Virus record (IMG/VR): IMGVR_UViG_3300017917_003379
Reading direction: 5' to 3' (one strand)
Source: a virus
Length of the DNA stretch: 64,000 bases
Position numbers and translations under genes: made by a program. The notes under the pieces are model-generated. The model did not search any database and was not told the origin of the DNA. It saw nothing but the letters and a program-made list of their open reading frames with translations. Of the stretch, positions 48,762 through 57,839 are shown piece by piece (the first letter of the stretch is position 1; each line of letters opens with the position of its first letter).

Positions 48762-48957
48762 GTTATGAGTAAAGAAGAAAAAGAAGAAATACTAAGAATA
48801 TCTAAACATTTACAAGAACTAAAAGATTGGTTAGATGACCAACCTGGACATCCTACTCATTTAAGTAACTTACCAACTTGGTTTTGGGAAACATGGGGTG
48901 AATGTATTGAAGACTTAAAATACTTAACTAAATAAAACATTAAATGTATAAGTTATG
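48741..48957 (+). repeat. 27-bp direct repeat (48741-48767 and 48931-48957) flanking a small ORF
   Basis: aataaaacattaaa[c/t]gtataagttatg, one mismatch. Confidence 0.88.
48765..48935 (+). CDS. 56-aa hypothetical protein (not in the ORF track)
   Basis: MSKEEKEEILRISKHLQELKDWLDDQPGHPTHLSNLPTWFWETWGECIEDLKYLTK. Confidence 0.55.
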   Translation: MSKEEKEEILRISKHLQELKDWLDDQPGHPTHLSNLPTWFWETWGECIEDLKYLTK

Positions 48958-49028
48958 GCTGAAATATGGTATAGAATAGTTTACATTCCCTTTATATATA
49001 AATTAATAAAGCATTAATTATATAGAAT

Positions 49029-49208
49029 ATGTTAGATCTTTTAGAAAAACGTATTATTAAAATACTTAAAAACAATAAAGTAAGTAATAACCACATAGAG
49101 ATGTATATAGATGATATCTTTTCATTTAATAATAAAGAACTATATGAACAAGTAGACGACGAAGATATCGTATATGGATTTAATAAATGGTTAGGAGAGC
49201 AAAAATAA
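49029..49208 (+). CDS. 59-aa hypothetical protein (not in the ORF track)
   Basis: MLDLLEKRIIKILKNN..FNKWLGEQK fills the gap before folE. Confidence 0.5.
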   Translation: MLDLLEKRIIKILKNNKVSNNHIEMYIDDIFSFNNKELYEQVDDEDIVYGFNKWLGEQK

Positions 49209-49226
49209 AAATCGTATATTTAAAAT

Positions 49227-49952
49227 ATGGAAAATAAACGTAGAAAAATAACAAATGCTGAAACACTAGAAACAGCACAACCTGGATTTGCAAATGGAAT
49301 TTCAATCCAGCTCCAAACATTACTAAATAATGGAGAACACCGTTCATTAAATCATCAGGAAAAACTAATGATTATTGAAAATGCTGAGAAAGCATATGGT
49401 GATTTCCTTACAGCATTGGGTGTTGATTGGCGAAATGATCCCAACAGTATGGAAACACCTCGTCGTGTAGCTAAGGCCTATGTTTTAGATTTATGGAAAG
49501 GAAGATATGAACTACCAAGTGATATTACAGCATTTCCATCTGATGGTTATAAGGGAATTGTATTAGAAAGAGATATTCCTATTGTTAGTATGTGTTCACA
49601 TCACCATCAATCTATTTTAGGTAAAACACATATTGCTTATATACCTGGTGAAGATGGTAAAGTAGTAGGTTTAAGTAAATTAAATCGTATTGTAGAACAC
49701 TTTGCTCGTAGAGGTGCTATCCAAGAACAACTTACAGTTGCTATTCATAATGCTATTCAAGCTGTAGCTGAAACTGAAAATGTAATGGTAGTAGTACATT
49801 CATACCATAACTGTGTATCATGTAGAGGTGTAAAACACTTTGGTGCTAGTATGGTAACAAGTGAAGTATCAGGTGTATTTGCTGATCATACTAAAACAGC
49901 TAAAATGGAAGTAATTGAAATGTTAAAATTAAATATGGAGGGATATAAATAA
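49227..49952 (+). CDS. folE: GTP cyclohydrolase I
   Basis: ETPRRVAK, SMCSHH, GLSKLNR, QEQLT, HNCVSCRGV. Confidence 0.93.
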   Translation: MENKRRKITNAETLETAQPGFANGISIQLQTLLNNGEHRSLNHQEKLMIIENAEKAYGDFLTALGVDWRNDPNSMETPRRVAKAYVLDLWKGRYELPSDITAFPSDGYKGIVLERDIPIVSMCSHHHQSILGKTHIAYIPGEDGKVVGLSKLNRIVEHFARRGAIQEQLTVAIHNAIQAVAETENVMVVVHSYHNCVSCRGVKHFGASMVTSEVSGVFADHTKTAKMEVIEMLKLNMEGYK

Positions 49953-50470
49953 TGTTAAACGCACAACAAATTTTAGATGAAGGACTTTTATTACTAGAAC
50001 ACACCCAAGGCAAACCAGCTCAAGTAGGCTATGATCTTAGTATTAAACAAGTGAATATCGTAGGTGGTAAAAAGAATATGGCTGGGTTTCGTATTGGTAA
50101 AGTATTAAAAGATAAGACTGAATTGACTAATTATGACCCTTATGGTTTAATGAATTTAGATGGAGTCAATGGTTGGTTACTTTATGAAGGAGTATACGAT
50201 ATTACTTTTAATGAAGGATGTAAAATCCCTAATAATAGAGTAGCTTTTATTAAACAACGATCTTCCCTATATCGTAATGGCGCCATCATTAATAGTCCAG
50301 TATTTGATCCTGGTTTTGAAACTCAATTTATGGGAACCTTAATGTATATTCATTGTCCTATCTTTATTGAAGAAAATGCTCGAGTAGCTCAAATTTATTT
50401 TCACGAATGTCAATCAGCAGAAATGTATAATGGACAGTGGCAAAATGATAAACAACGATCATCATTGTAA
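49952..50470 (+). CDS. dUTPase / dCTP deaminase family protein
   Basis: GYDL, RSSLYRNG, FDPGF, RVAQIYF, YNGQWQ. The deaminase Glu after PGF is not evident, which favours dUTPase. Confidence 0.8.
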   Translation: MLNAQQILDEGLLLLEHTQGKPAQVGYDLSIKQVNIVGGKKNMAGFRIGKVLKDKTELTNYDPYGLMNLDGVNGWLLYEGVYDITFNEGCKIPNNRVAFIKQRSSLYRNGAIINSPVFDPGFETQFMGTLMYIHCPIFIEENARVAQIYFHECQSAEMYNGQWQNDKQRSSL

Positions 50471-50486
50471 AATTTGATATAAACTA

Positions 50487-50509
50487 ATGCCCCTCATTGT
50501 GAGGGGCAT
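50487..50509 (+). terminator. Hairpin between the dUTPase gene and a late-motif gene
   Basis: atgcccctca-ttg-tgaggggcat, overlapping ATATTTAT at 50508. Confidence 0.6.
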
Positions 50510-50519
50510 ATTTATGTAT

Positions 50520-51146
50520 ATGCCAATAACACTATTGAATACAAACGGAACAGGTAAAGTTACTTTAATAAATAATAATAATATAGGAAATATTATATTA
50601 AATGTAGCAAGCAGTGTTACTTCTAGTTCTGAATTTTATTCTAATTTTGAATCTTATATCATAAATGGTGTAAGGCAAGCAACTACATATGACTTAGTTA
50701 GAACTAATATATCAACAAATAGAAGATTAGTTGTAGCTGAAACGATAACTATAACTGGATTTAAATTTATAAGAATACCTCCTGATAACTGGTCATCCAT
50801 ATCAGGATATACTGTTACTGGAACTTTATCTATAGTGTCAGGGACGGGAGCTACAATTGATGGTGGAGTTTCAAGTAAAAGTTTTAATACAAAATCAACA
50901 ATAGCTACTCCCTCCGTATCTGCACAAAGAGCAAATAATACATCACAGTATGATATATATGATGTAAGGCCAGTTAATAATACTACTACAACATTAACAG
51001 CCGGGCAATATACTATTACGTTATTTGGAACAGGAGCTAATATGGACATAGCTACTTTAACAAATTCTTTATTTCCTATTGATACAACTAAAAAAATATA
51101 CCCTGCAAGTAATGTTTCAACTCATTTTGCCATGCAAGTTTTTTAA
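50520..51146 (+). CDS. Beta-rich putative virion protein
   Basis: Thr/Ser/Asn-rich. Start set just after the ATATTTAT motif because the track's 50487 start lies inside the hairpin. Confidence 0.5.
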   Translation: MPITLLNTNGTGKVTLINNNNIGNIILNVASSVTSSSEFYSNFESYIINGVRQATTYDLVRTNISTNRRLVVAETITITGFKFIRIPPDNWSSISGYTVTGTLSIVSGTGATIDGGVSSKSFNTKSTIATPSVSAQRANNTSQYDIYDVRPVNNTTTTLTAGQYTITLFGTGANMDIATLTNSLFPIDTTKKIYPASNVSTHFAMQVF

Positions 51147-51185
51147 TTTGATTTTGTCAAAACAATTTAATATATTAAAAAAGTT

Positions 51186-53762
51186 ATGTACCAAGCAATT
51201 TATTATGATCGCTCTACTTATACTTATCATCTTCGTGATGATGAAAAAGGTTGGTTAGACTTTAAATACACTCCAGAATTATATCAAATAGTACCTAATG
51301 GTCCTTTAGAAACATTAGATGGTAAACGTGCTATTCCCGTTGAAAAATATAATTGGAAAGATACTTCATTATATGAACAAGATGTAGATAAATGTACTCG
51401 CGTATTAATTGACCTATATAAAGATGGTGATGATACTCCCAAACATCATAATATAGTTTATTTCGATATTGAGTGTGAAATTGGTGGAACACTAACTACT
51501 GAATACATTAAGTCAGCTCCTATGAAAATGACTTCAGTAGCAGTGTATGATAATACAACTCAAAAATATTACTGTTTAATTCTAGATGAAAAACAACAAA
51601 TTAAACCAGTAAATGGAGATAAGGAAATTAGACCATATAAGACAGAAGCGGAAATGCTATCTGCTTTTCTTGATTTATGGGAAGAATTAGACCCAACTAT
51701 CATTACAGGATGGAATAGTGGGTTCTTCGATATACCTTACATGTATTATAGATTATGTAATGTGTTAGGTAGAACACAAGCAGAACGTTTATCTCCTCTT
51801 CGTAAATTTAATTTTACCGAATGGGATCAATCACAACCAATAGAAATAGGTGGTATAAATCATTTAGATTACATGTTGCTGTTTAAGAAATATGTAATGA
51901 AACAAGAACCATCTTACCGTTTAGGTGATATCGGTGAAAAATATGTTAAGTTAGGTAAGATAGAATATGATGGTTCGTTAGATACATTATTTAAAAACGA
52001 TATAAAAACGTTTATAGAATATAACTTGCGAGATGTAGAAATTATTATTGAGTTAGAAAAGAAACTAAAATTTATTGATCTAACAGTTGCTATTTGTCAC
52101 TTATGTCATGTGCCTTATGAACAAATATACCAATCAACTGTATTGAATGATGGAGCTATATTAACATATCTTAAACGCCAAAATATAGTTTCACCTAATA
52201 AACCAACCACTTATAACCCAGCCTTAAAAGAACGTACAGAAAATGATTATGCTGGAGGTTATCTTAAAGATCCAATACCGGGGCTATATCAATGGGTTAT
52301 TGATTTAGATTTTACTTCACTATATCCTTCAATTATACGTTCACTCAATATTGGTATTGAAACCTTTATAGGTAGAGTAGTTAATAACGGTAAATATGAT
52401 AATCAGTGGACATATAATGAAATGAAAAATATGGATCCAAATGATTTAGTAACAATTGAAAAATTAAATGAAGATTATACTACATCTAGAACACAAGTAC
52501 ATATTGGTAAATTAGTTAAATTAATTGAAAATAATAATTGGATTACTGCAGCATCTGGTGCTATATTTCGAACAGATAAATCATCTGTAGTATGTGAAGT
52601 ATTAACTGATTGGTTTAATAAACGTGTTGAATATAAAAGTCTAATGAAAAAAGCATATAAAGCTGGTGATAAAGTTAAAGGCGAATTTTATGATAGACGA
52701 CAACATGCGTATAAAATTAAATTAAATGACGTTTATGGTTGCTATGCTATTAATGGTTGGAGATATACAGACGGTCATAAAATAATATCATCTGCTATTA
52801 CACTTACGGGCCAACGTTTGCTACAAGAAAGTATAGCTAATATGAATAAACATATAAACAAATTATTAAACACTAAAGATAAAGACTACATTATCACATC
52901 AGATACTGATTCATTGTTCATTCAAGTAAAAGACATATTAATAGCTAGAGGAGTTGATTTAACTAATAAAAAAGAATGCGTTAAAACAACACTAGAAATA
53001 GCATCAGAATTACAAAAAGTAGCTAATGAATTTATAGGTCAATTTGCAATGAATTCACTTCATATTCCTCATAATCGTCAACATTATTTTGAATTAAAAC
53101 AAGAAGTAGTAATTGAAAGAAGTTACCATTCAGGTAAACGTCGATATGCTATGATGATTGTGAATAAAGAAGGAGTTGATACTGAAGAGATGATTATGAT
53201 GGGATTAGATTTGATGAAATCAAATATGCCCCCTTTGTATAAAAACTTTGGACAAAATCTATTAGTAGAAATAATGTCCGGTAAATCTAAAGCAGAAATT
53301 GATAAACAAATAATAGATTTTAAATTATTATTAAATAATATAGATTGGACAGAATTAGCCAAACCAACAGGAGTTAAACAAATAAATTCATACATTGCTA
53401 AACGCCCAGCACCTGGTGAAATATTTAGTGAATTTAAATTAAAAGCACCAGTCAATACTAAAGCAGCAGTATATTATAATGATTTACTCAAATTTAAAAA
53501 ACTTGATAAAAAATATTCAATGTTTACAGAAGGTAGTAAAATGAAATATGTTTCATTAAAGCCTAATCCTTACAACATTGACGTATTAGGATTTACAGGG
53601 TACGAAGACCCAGAGTATATTAAAGAATTTATTGAAAAATATATAGATAGAGACGAAGCCTTTAATTCAATATTGCTAAATAAATTACAAGGTATGTATG
53701 AAGATATAGGATGGGAATTTCCAGTATTGAATGCAAAAATAAACAAATTTTTTCGGTTTTGA
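51186..53762 (+). CDS. Family B DNA polymerase (gp43-like)
   Basis: Exonuclease FDIE, GWN..FDIPY and YNLRDV. Polymerase DFTSLYPSII, KIKLNDVYG, DTDS and KRRY. Confidence 0.95.
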   Translation: MYQAIYYDRSTYTYHLRDDEKGWLDFKYTPELYQIVPNGPLETLDGKRAIPVEKYNWKDTSLYEQDVDKCTRVLIDLYKDGDDTPKHHNIVYFDIECEIGGTLTTEYIKSAPMKMTSVAVYDNTTQKYYCLILDEKQQIKPVNGDKEIRPYKTEAEMLSAFLDLWEELDPTIITGWNSGFFDIPYMYYRLCNVLGRTQAERLSPLRKFNFTEWDQSQPIEIGGINHLDYMLLFKKYVMKQEPSYRLGDIGEKYVKLGKIEYDGSLDTLFKNDIKTFIEYNLRDVEIIIELEKKLKFIDLTVAICHLCHVPYEQIYQSTVLNDGAILTYLKRQNIVSPNKPTTYNPALKERTENDYAGGYLKDPIPGLYQWVIDLDFTSLYPSIIRSLNIGIETFIGRVVNNGKYDNQWTYNEMKNMDPNDLVTIEKLNEDYTTSRTQVHIGKLVKLIENNNWITAASGAIFRTDKSSVVCEVLTDWFNKRVEYKSLMKKAYKAGDKVKGEFYDRRQHAYKIKLNDVYGCYAINGWRYTDGHKIISSAITLTGQRLLQESIANMNKHINKLLNTKDKDYIITSDTDSLFIQVKDILIARGVDLTNKKECVKTTLEIASELQKVANEFIGQFAMNSLHIPHNRQHYFELKQEVVIERSYHSGKRRYAMMIVNKEGVDTEEMIMMGLDLMKSNMPPLYKNFGQNLLVEIMSGKSKAEIDKQIIDFKLLLNNIDWTELAKPTGVKQINSYIAKRPAPGEIFSEFKLKAPVNTKAAVYYNDLLKFKKLDKKYSMFTEGSKMKYVSLKPNPYNIDVLGFTGYEDPEYIKEFIEKYIDRDEAFNSILLNKLQGMYEDIGWEFPVLNAKINKFFRF

Positions 53763-53804
53763 TGGTTATTTAATATATGGCGAGAAAAATAAATATTTAT
53801 AACC

Positions 53805-54350
53805 ATGATTAAATTAATAGATATACTAAAAGAAAATAAAAGAAACATTTATTTAACAATGTATGCTCTTTTTACTGAAAAAAACGGCAGTTGGAAAACA
53901 GAAAATGATTGGTCTTTTAACCCCACATTTAAAACACAAGGTTTAATAGCAACATATGGAAAAGGAGCTAATGGGCAAAGTTGGGGTAAACCATCAATTT
54001 TATGTACAGAATATAATGGAGAAAATCCATTTGAAGGATCACATTCTGGTTGGAAATATGCTATTATTTTTAAAAAAAATATTGATGAAATTTATATAGA
54101 TGATGAAATTTTTTATTATGGAGATTATCCTTCTGAAGAACAAGAGAAAGAAGCAATAGAATATATATATAAAACAACAGATAATAAACAAGATGTTTCT
54201 TTAGGTGTATTACATACTAAATTTGGATCTATTATAATTCAAGATAATTTTCCACAAGGAAATTATGTTTTAAATATAAAACCTAATGAGATAATCAAAA
54301 TTGTTAAAGGAGAAGGAAATATAAAAATAAAGTTTGGTAAGTCAAATTAA
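53805..54350 (+). CDS. Putative internal head protein
   Basis: Leader MIKLIDILKE, 4 nt after ATATTTAT. Inserted between PolB and the clamp. Confidence 0.5.
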   Translation: MIKLIDILKENKRNIYLTMYALFTEKNGSWKTENDWSFNPTFKTQGLIATYGKGANGQSWGKPSILCTEYNGENPFEGSHSGWKYAIIFKKNIDEIYIDDEIFYYGDYPSEEQEKEAIEYIYKTTDNKQDVSLGVLHTKFGSIIIQDNFPQGNYVLNIKPNEIIKIVKGEGNIKIKFGKSN

Positions 54351-54368
54351 AAAAATTAAATTTAAGTT

Positions 54369-55094
54369 ATGAAAAAATTATATTTCAAAGACGTTATTGA
54401 AAAATACCATCTTGGTGGTTTAGTAGAGCGTGTTAAAATCAATATTGTTGATAAAACACTTATTACTAAATTTATTTCAAGTCAAAAAAATCTAGTAGGT
54501 GTACTTGAAGCTCCTAATATTGAATTAGATGATTGTGAATTTGGTATATATGATACAACTCAACTTCTTAAATTAATTAATATTACTGATAATTTCTTAA
54601 TATTGGGAATTGAAAAACGAGGTAATATAGCTAACAAACTTACTATCGCAGATAATGAATATAATTTAGAATACGCTTTAGCAGACATAATGCTAACACC
54701 AGCAGTACCAAATATCGATGAACCAAACTATCAAATGGTTGCTAATATCAGCTCAGAATTTATTAATAAATTTCTCAAAGCAGGTAAAGCACTAGGTACT
54801 GATGTATTTACTATTGAACAATCTCGTGATGTAGATGATAATCAAGCTATTAAATTTACATTAGGTGGTACTGAAGGGCATACAAATAAAATTAACTTTA
54901 CATTACAAACAACATTATCTAGCATTCCCGGCCATGTTGTTAAATTTCCATTACAAGAATTTAGTGAAATATTAGCAGCTAATAAAACATTTAAATCAGG
55001 AATGTTAAGTGTTAATGAAGAAGGGTTACTTAAAATCGACTTTGAAAATGAAGAAGGTGTTAAAGTAACATATTTATTAGTAGGTAAAGAATAA
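54369..55094 (+). CDS. Sliding clamp (gp45-like)
   Basis: EFGIYDTTQLLKLI and Y.LAD motifs. Size and position near PolB and the loader fit. Confidence 0.7.
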   Translation: MKKLYFKDVIEKYHLGGLVERVKINIVDKTLITKFISSQKNLVGVLEAPNIELDDCEFGIYDTTQLLKLINITDNFLILGIEKRGNIANKLTIADNEYNLEYALADIMLTPAVPNIDEPNYQMVANISSEFINKFLKAGKALGTDVFTIEQSRDVDDNQAIKFTLGGTEGHTNKINFTLQTTLSSIPGHVVKFPLQEFSEILAANKTFKSGMLSVNEEGLLKIDFENEEGVKVTYLLVGKE

Positions 55095-55097
55095 AAT

Positions 55098-55626
55098 ATA
55101 AGGTACGACAGGCCTAGTTATATTAAATTAATTAACCGCTCACCTTAGGGGAGCATAAAAAAACAGGAGGTTTAAAATGACACTTACAACACCGTGGACA
55201 TATAGTCACGATCCATTTGACATCGTTTGGAAAAATTTCTTTGACACTAATTCAAGTTTCAACACAATTCAACACAAAATCAACTACCCAGTTGATATCT
55301 ATGAAATAGAAAACGGGTTACGATTTGAACTTGCAGTAGTAGGTCTTGATAAAGAAGACATACAGATTCTAGTAGAATCAAATATATTAAGAGTAACACA
55401 TGATCGAAAAGAAGAACAAGAACGTACCTATCTTCAAAAAGGTATTGCTCGTCGTTCATTTGATTTAGCTTGGAAAGTAGCAGCTAAATTTGATTTAACT
55501 AAGCTAGAAGCTAAGTTAGATAAAGGACTGCTTATTATTGATATTCCTTATTCTGAATCAAAAGCACCAAAGCAAATTAAAATCAAATAATAGATTTTGA
55601 AATCTTAAAAGCCTGTCGTATCTTAT
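55098..55626. repeat. 16-bp inverted repeat flanking hsp20
   Basis: ataaggtacgacaggc (55098-55113) pairs with gcctgtcgtatcttat (55611-55626). The single mismatch is G-U compatible. Confidence 0.8.
55177..55590 (+). CDS. Small heat-shock protein Hsp20
   Basis: YPVDIYE, ELAVVG, KGIARRSF, AKLDKGLL.I. AGGAGG at 55165-55170. Confidence 0.92.
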   Translation: MTLTTPWTYSHDPFDIVWKNFFDTNSSFNTIQHKINYPVDIYEIENGLRFELAVVGLDKEDIQILVESNILRVTHDRKEEQERTYLQKGIARRSFDLAWKVAAKFDLTKLEAKLDKGLLIIDIPYSESKAPKQIKIK

Positions 55627-55636
55627 TATTATTGTT

Positions 55637-55834
55637 ATGAAAGAAACATTAGTTATTAAGCAAGAAGTTAAATGGGGAAGAAATGCTTACTTAAAGATAG
55701 AAGACGATAGAGTCATATTTGATACATCAGATGGAGAATATGGTCCTGTTGTATTTCACTTAGAAATATTAGATGAAGCACTTTTAACTCATAAAACAAA
55801 ATGCATTCAAAGTATCTTAGACAAAAATATTTAG
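55637..55834 (+). CDS. Hypothetical protein
   Basis: 65-aa ORF with FDTSDGEYGP. Confidence 0.5.
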   Translation: MKETLVIKQEVKWGRNAYLKIEDDRVIFDTSDGEYGPVVFHLEILDEALLTHKTKCIQSILDKNI

Positions 55835-55854
55835 AACATTTAAAAACATTTTAT

Positions 55855-56145
55855 ATGAATATTAAACCGTTACATAACCATGTTGTTATTAAACAACAAG
55901 ATGAAACAGAAACAATGTATGGAAACATTATCATACCAGATGCTGGTAAAGAAAAACCTCTTATGGGTGAAGTAGTAGCAACAGGTCCTGGATTGATTAA
56001 TATTAATGGAGTTTTGATTCCTAATGAAGTACCAGTAGGTGCAGTTGTAGTATTTCCTGCATTTGGTGGACAACGCGTTACAATTAAAGGTGAAGAATAT
56101 ATTGTAATGAAAGAACAAGATTTACTAGCCATAATTGAAGAATAA
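55855..56145 (+). CDS. groES: Co-chaperonin GroES
   Basis: IKPLHNHVVI, GNIIIPDAGKEKP, GEVVATGPG, EEYIVMKEQDLLA. Confidence 0.93.
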   Translation: MNIKPLHNHVVIKQQDETETMYGNIIIPDAGKEKPLMGEVVATGPGLININGVLIPNEVPVGAVVVFPAFGGQRVTIKGEEYIVMKEQDLLAIIEE

Positions 56146-56177
56146 ATTTTAAAAAAATTTCAGAATAATAATAAACT

Positions 56178-57809
56178 ATGAGTAAAATAATTAAATTTGA
56201 TCGTGAAGCTAAAGAAAAACTTCAAGCCGGTATTGACAAAGTCAATAAAGCAGTTTCAGTAACAATGGGTCCATTTGGACGTAACGTGCTAATTGAAAAA
56301 GAATATGGGCAAGTATCTAGTACTAAAGATGGTGTTAGTGTAGCCAAAACAATTGTATTAGAAGACCCAATTGAGAATATGGCAGCTACTGTTATTAAGC
56401 AAGCTGCTCAAAAAACTGTTGATGCTGCGGGTGATGGCACTACTACTTCAACTGTATTAGCATATGCTATCGCTTCTCAAGCATTACAAGCTACTGCTTA
56501 TGCCTCAACTAATGCTACTCAAGTAAAACGTGGTATTGAAGAAGCTGTTAAAACAGTAGTTGCTGAACTAAAAGCAATGTCTACTCCTATTACTGATGAA
56601 AAGCAGATTAAACAAATTGCTACTTTATCTGCTAATGGAGATGAAGAAATTGGCAATTTAGTAGCCACAGCTATTGATAAAGTAGGAAGAGACGGAGTAG
56701 TTACAGTTGAAGAATCTCGTACAGGTGAAACATCACTTGAAATAGTAGAAGGTATGCAATTTGATCGTGGTTATAAGTCACCTTATATGGTAACTGATAA
56801 TAACACAATGCAAGCTGTATTAAATGATCCTTTATTGTTGATTGTTGATGGTAAAATTACAACCGTAAAGGATTTACTTCCTATTCTTGAATCAGTATCT
56901 CAACAAAACAAATCTTTATTCATTGTAGCTGAAGATATTGACGGTGAAGCGCTTGCTACACTTGTTGTAAATAAAATGAGAGGTATTTTAAAAGTAGCTG
57001 CTGTTAAAGCTCCTGATTTCGGAGAACGTAGAACACTTATCCTTGAAGATATTGCTACGCTTACTGGAGGTACAGTAGTATCAAATCAAAAAGGTATGCG
57101 TTTAGATAAATTCAACAAAGATTGGTTTGGTGAAGCGCGTACTATTACTGTAGGTAAAGAAACAACTACAATTGTTGATGGTAAAGGAGATGTTGATAAA
57201 ATTGAAGCACGCATTGTAGAATTAAAAGCACAAATTGATGCTTCTACTTCACCTTATGAAATTGAAAAACTGCAAGAACGTTTATCTAAGATGATTGGTG
57301 GTGTAGCTATCATCAATGTAGGTGGTGGTACTGAAATTGAAATGAAAGAAAAGAAAGATCGTCTTGATGATGCTTTACAAGCAACTAAAGCCGCTCTTGA
57401 TGAAGGTATTTTACCTGGTGCTGGTGTAGCATTATTAAAAGCAAGAAATGCATTCCATGTGGGTGATCTTGATGGTAAAGATGATTTTAGTAAAGGAAAA
57501 CAAATTGTATATCATGCTTGTAAAGCCCCATTTGATCAAATATTAAATAATGCCGGAGTTGACGCTACTAGATTTTACATGACATTAAATTCTTCTAATA
57601 CACCTAATCTAGTACCTAACATTACAGAAAATGAATTAACAGACGCTTATGATTCAGGTATTATTGACCCAACTAAAGTAGTACGTTCAGCACTTGAAAA
57701 TGCAGCGGCGGCCGCTGTAACATTACTCATGACAGAATGTGTAATTCATGATAAACCAACAGATAAGAAAAAAGATAATCCTATGGATATGATGGAAGGA
57801 ATGATGTAA
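56178..57809 (+). CDS. groEL: Chaperonin GroEL
   Basis: TMGPFGRNV, TKDGVSVA, AGDGTTT, EGMQFDRGY, KAPDFG, GIIDPTKV. Met-rich tail. Confidence 0.97.
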   Translation: MSKIIKFDREAKEKLQAGIDKVNKAVSVTMGPFGRNVLIEKEYGQVSSTKDGVSVAKTIVLEDPIENMAATVIKQAAQKTVDAAGDGTTTSTVLAYAIASQALQATAYASTNATQVKRGIEEAVKTVVAELKAMSTPITDEKQIKQIATLSANGDEEIGNLVATAIDKVGRDGVVTVEESRTGETSLEIVEGMQFDRGYKSPYMVTDNNTMQAVLNDPLLLIVDGKITTVKDLLPILESVSQQNKSLFIVAEDIDGEALATLVVNKMRGILKVAAVKAPDFGERRTLILEDIATLTGGTVVSNQKGMRLDKFNKDWFGEARTITVGKETTTIVDGKGDVDKIEARIVELKAQIDASTSPYEIEKLQERLSKMIGGVAIINVGGGTEIEMKEKKDRLDDALQATKAALDEGILPGAGVALLKARNAFHVGDLDGKDDFSKGKQIVYHACKAPFDQILNNAGVDATRFYMTLNSSNTPNLVPNITENELTDAYDSGIIDPTKVVRSALENAAAAAVTLLMTECVIHDKPTDKKKDNPMDMMEGMM

Positions 57810-57839
57810 TAAATATTTATCAATACAAATAATAACTAA

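Noticed and set aside
40392-53762. Introns or inteins in nrdJ or polB
   Set aside because: Both frames are continuous, of ordinary length, and lack intein splice motifs.
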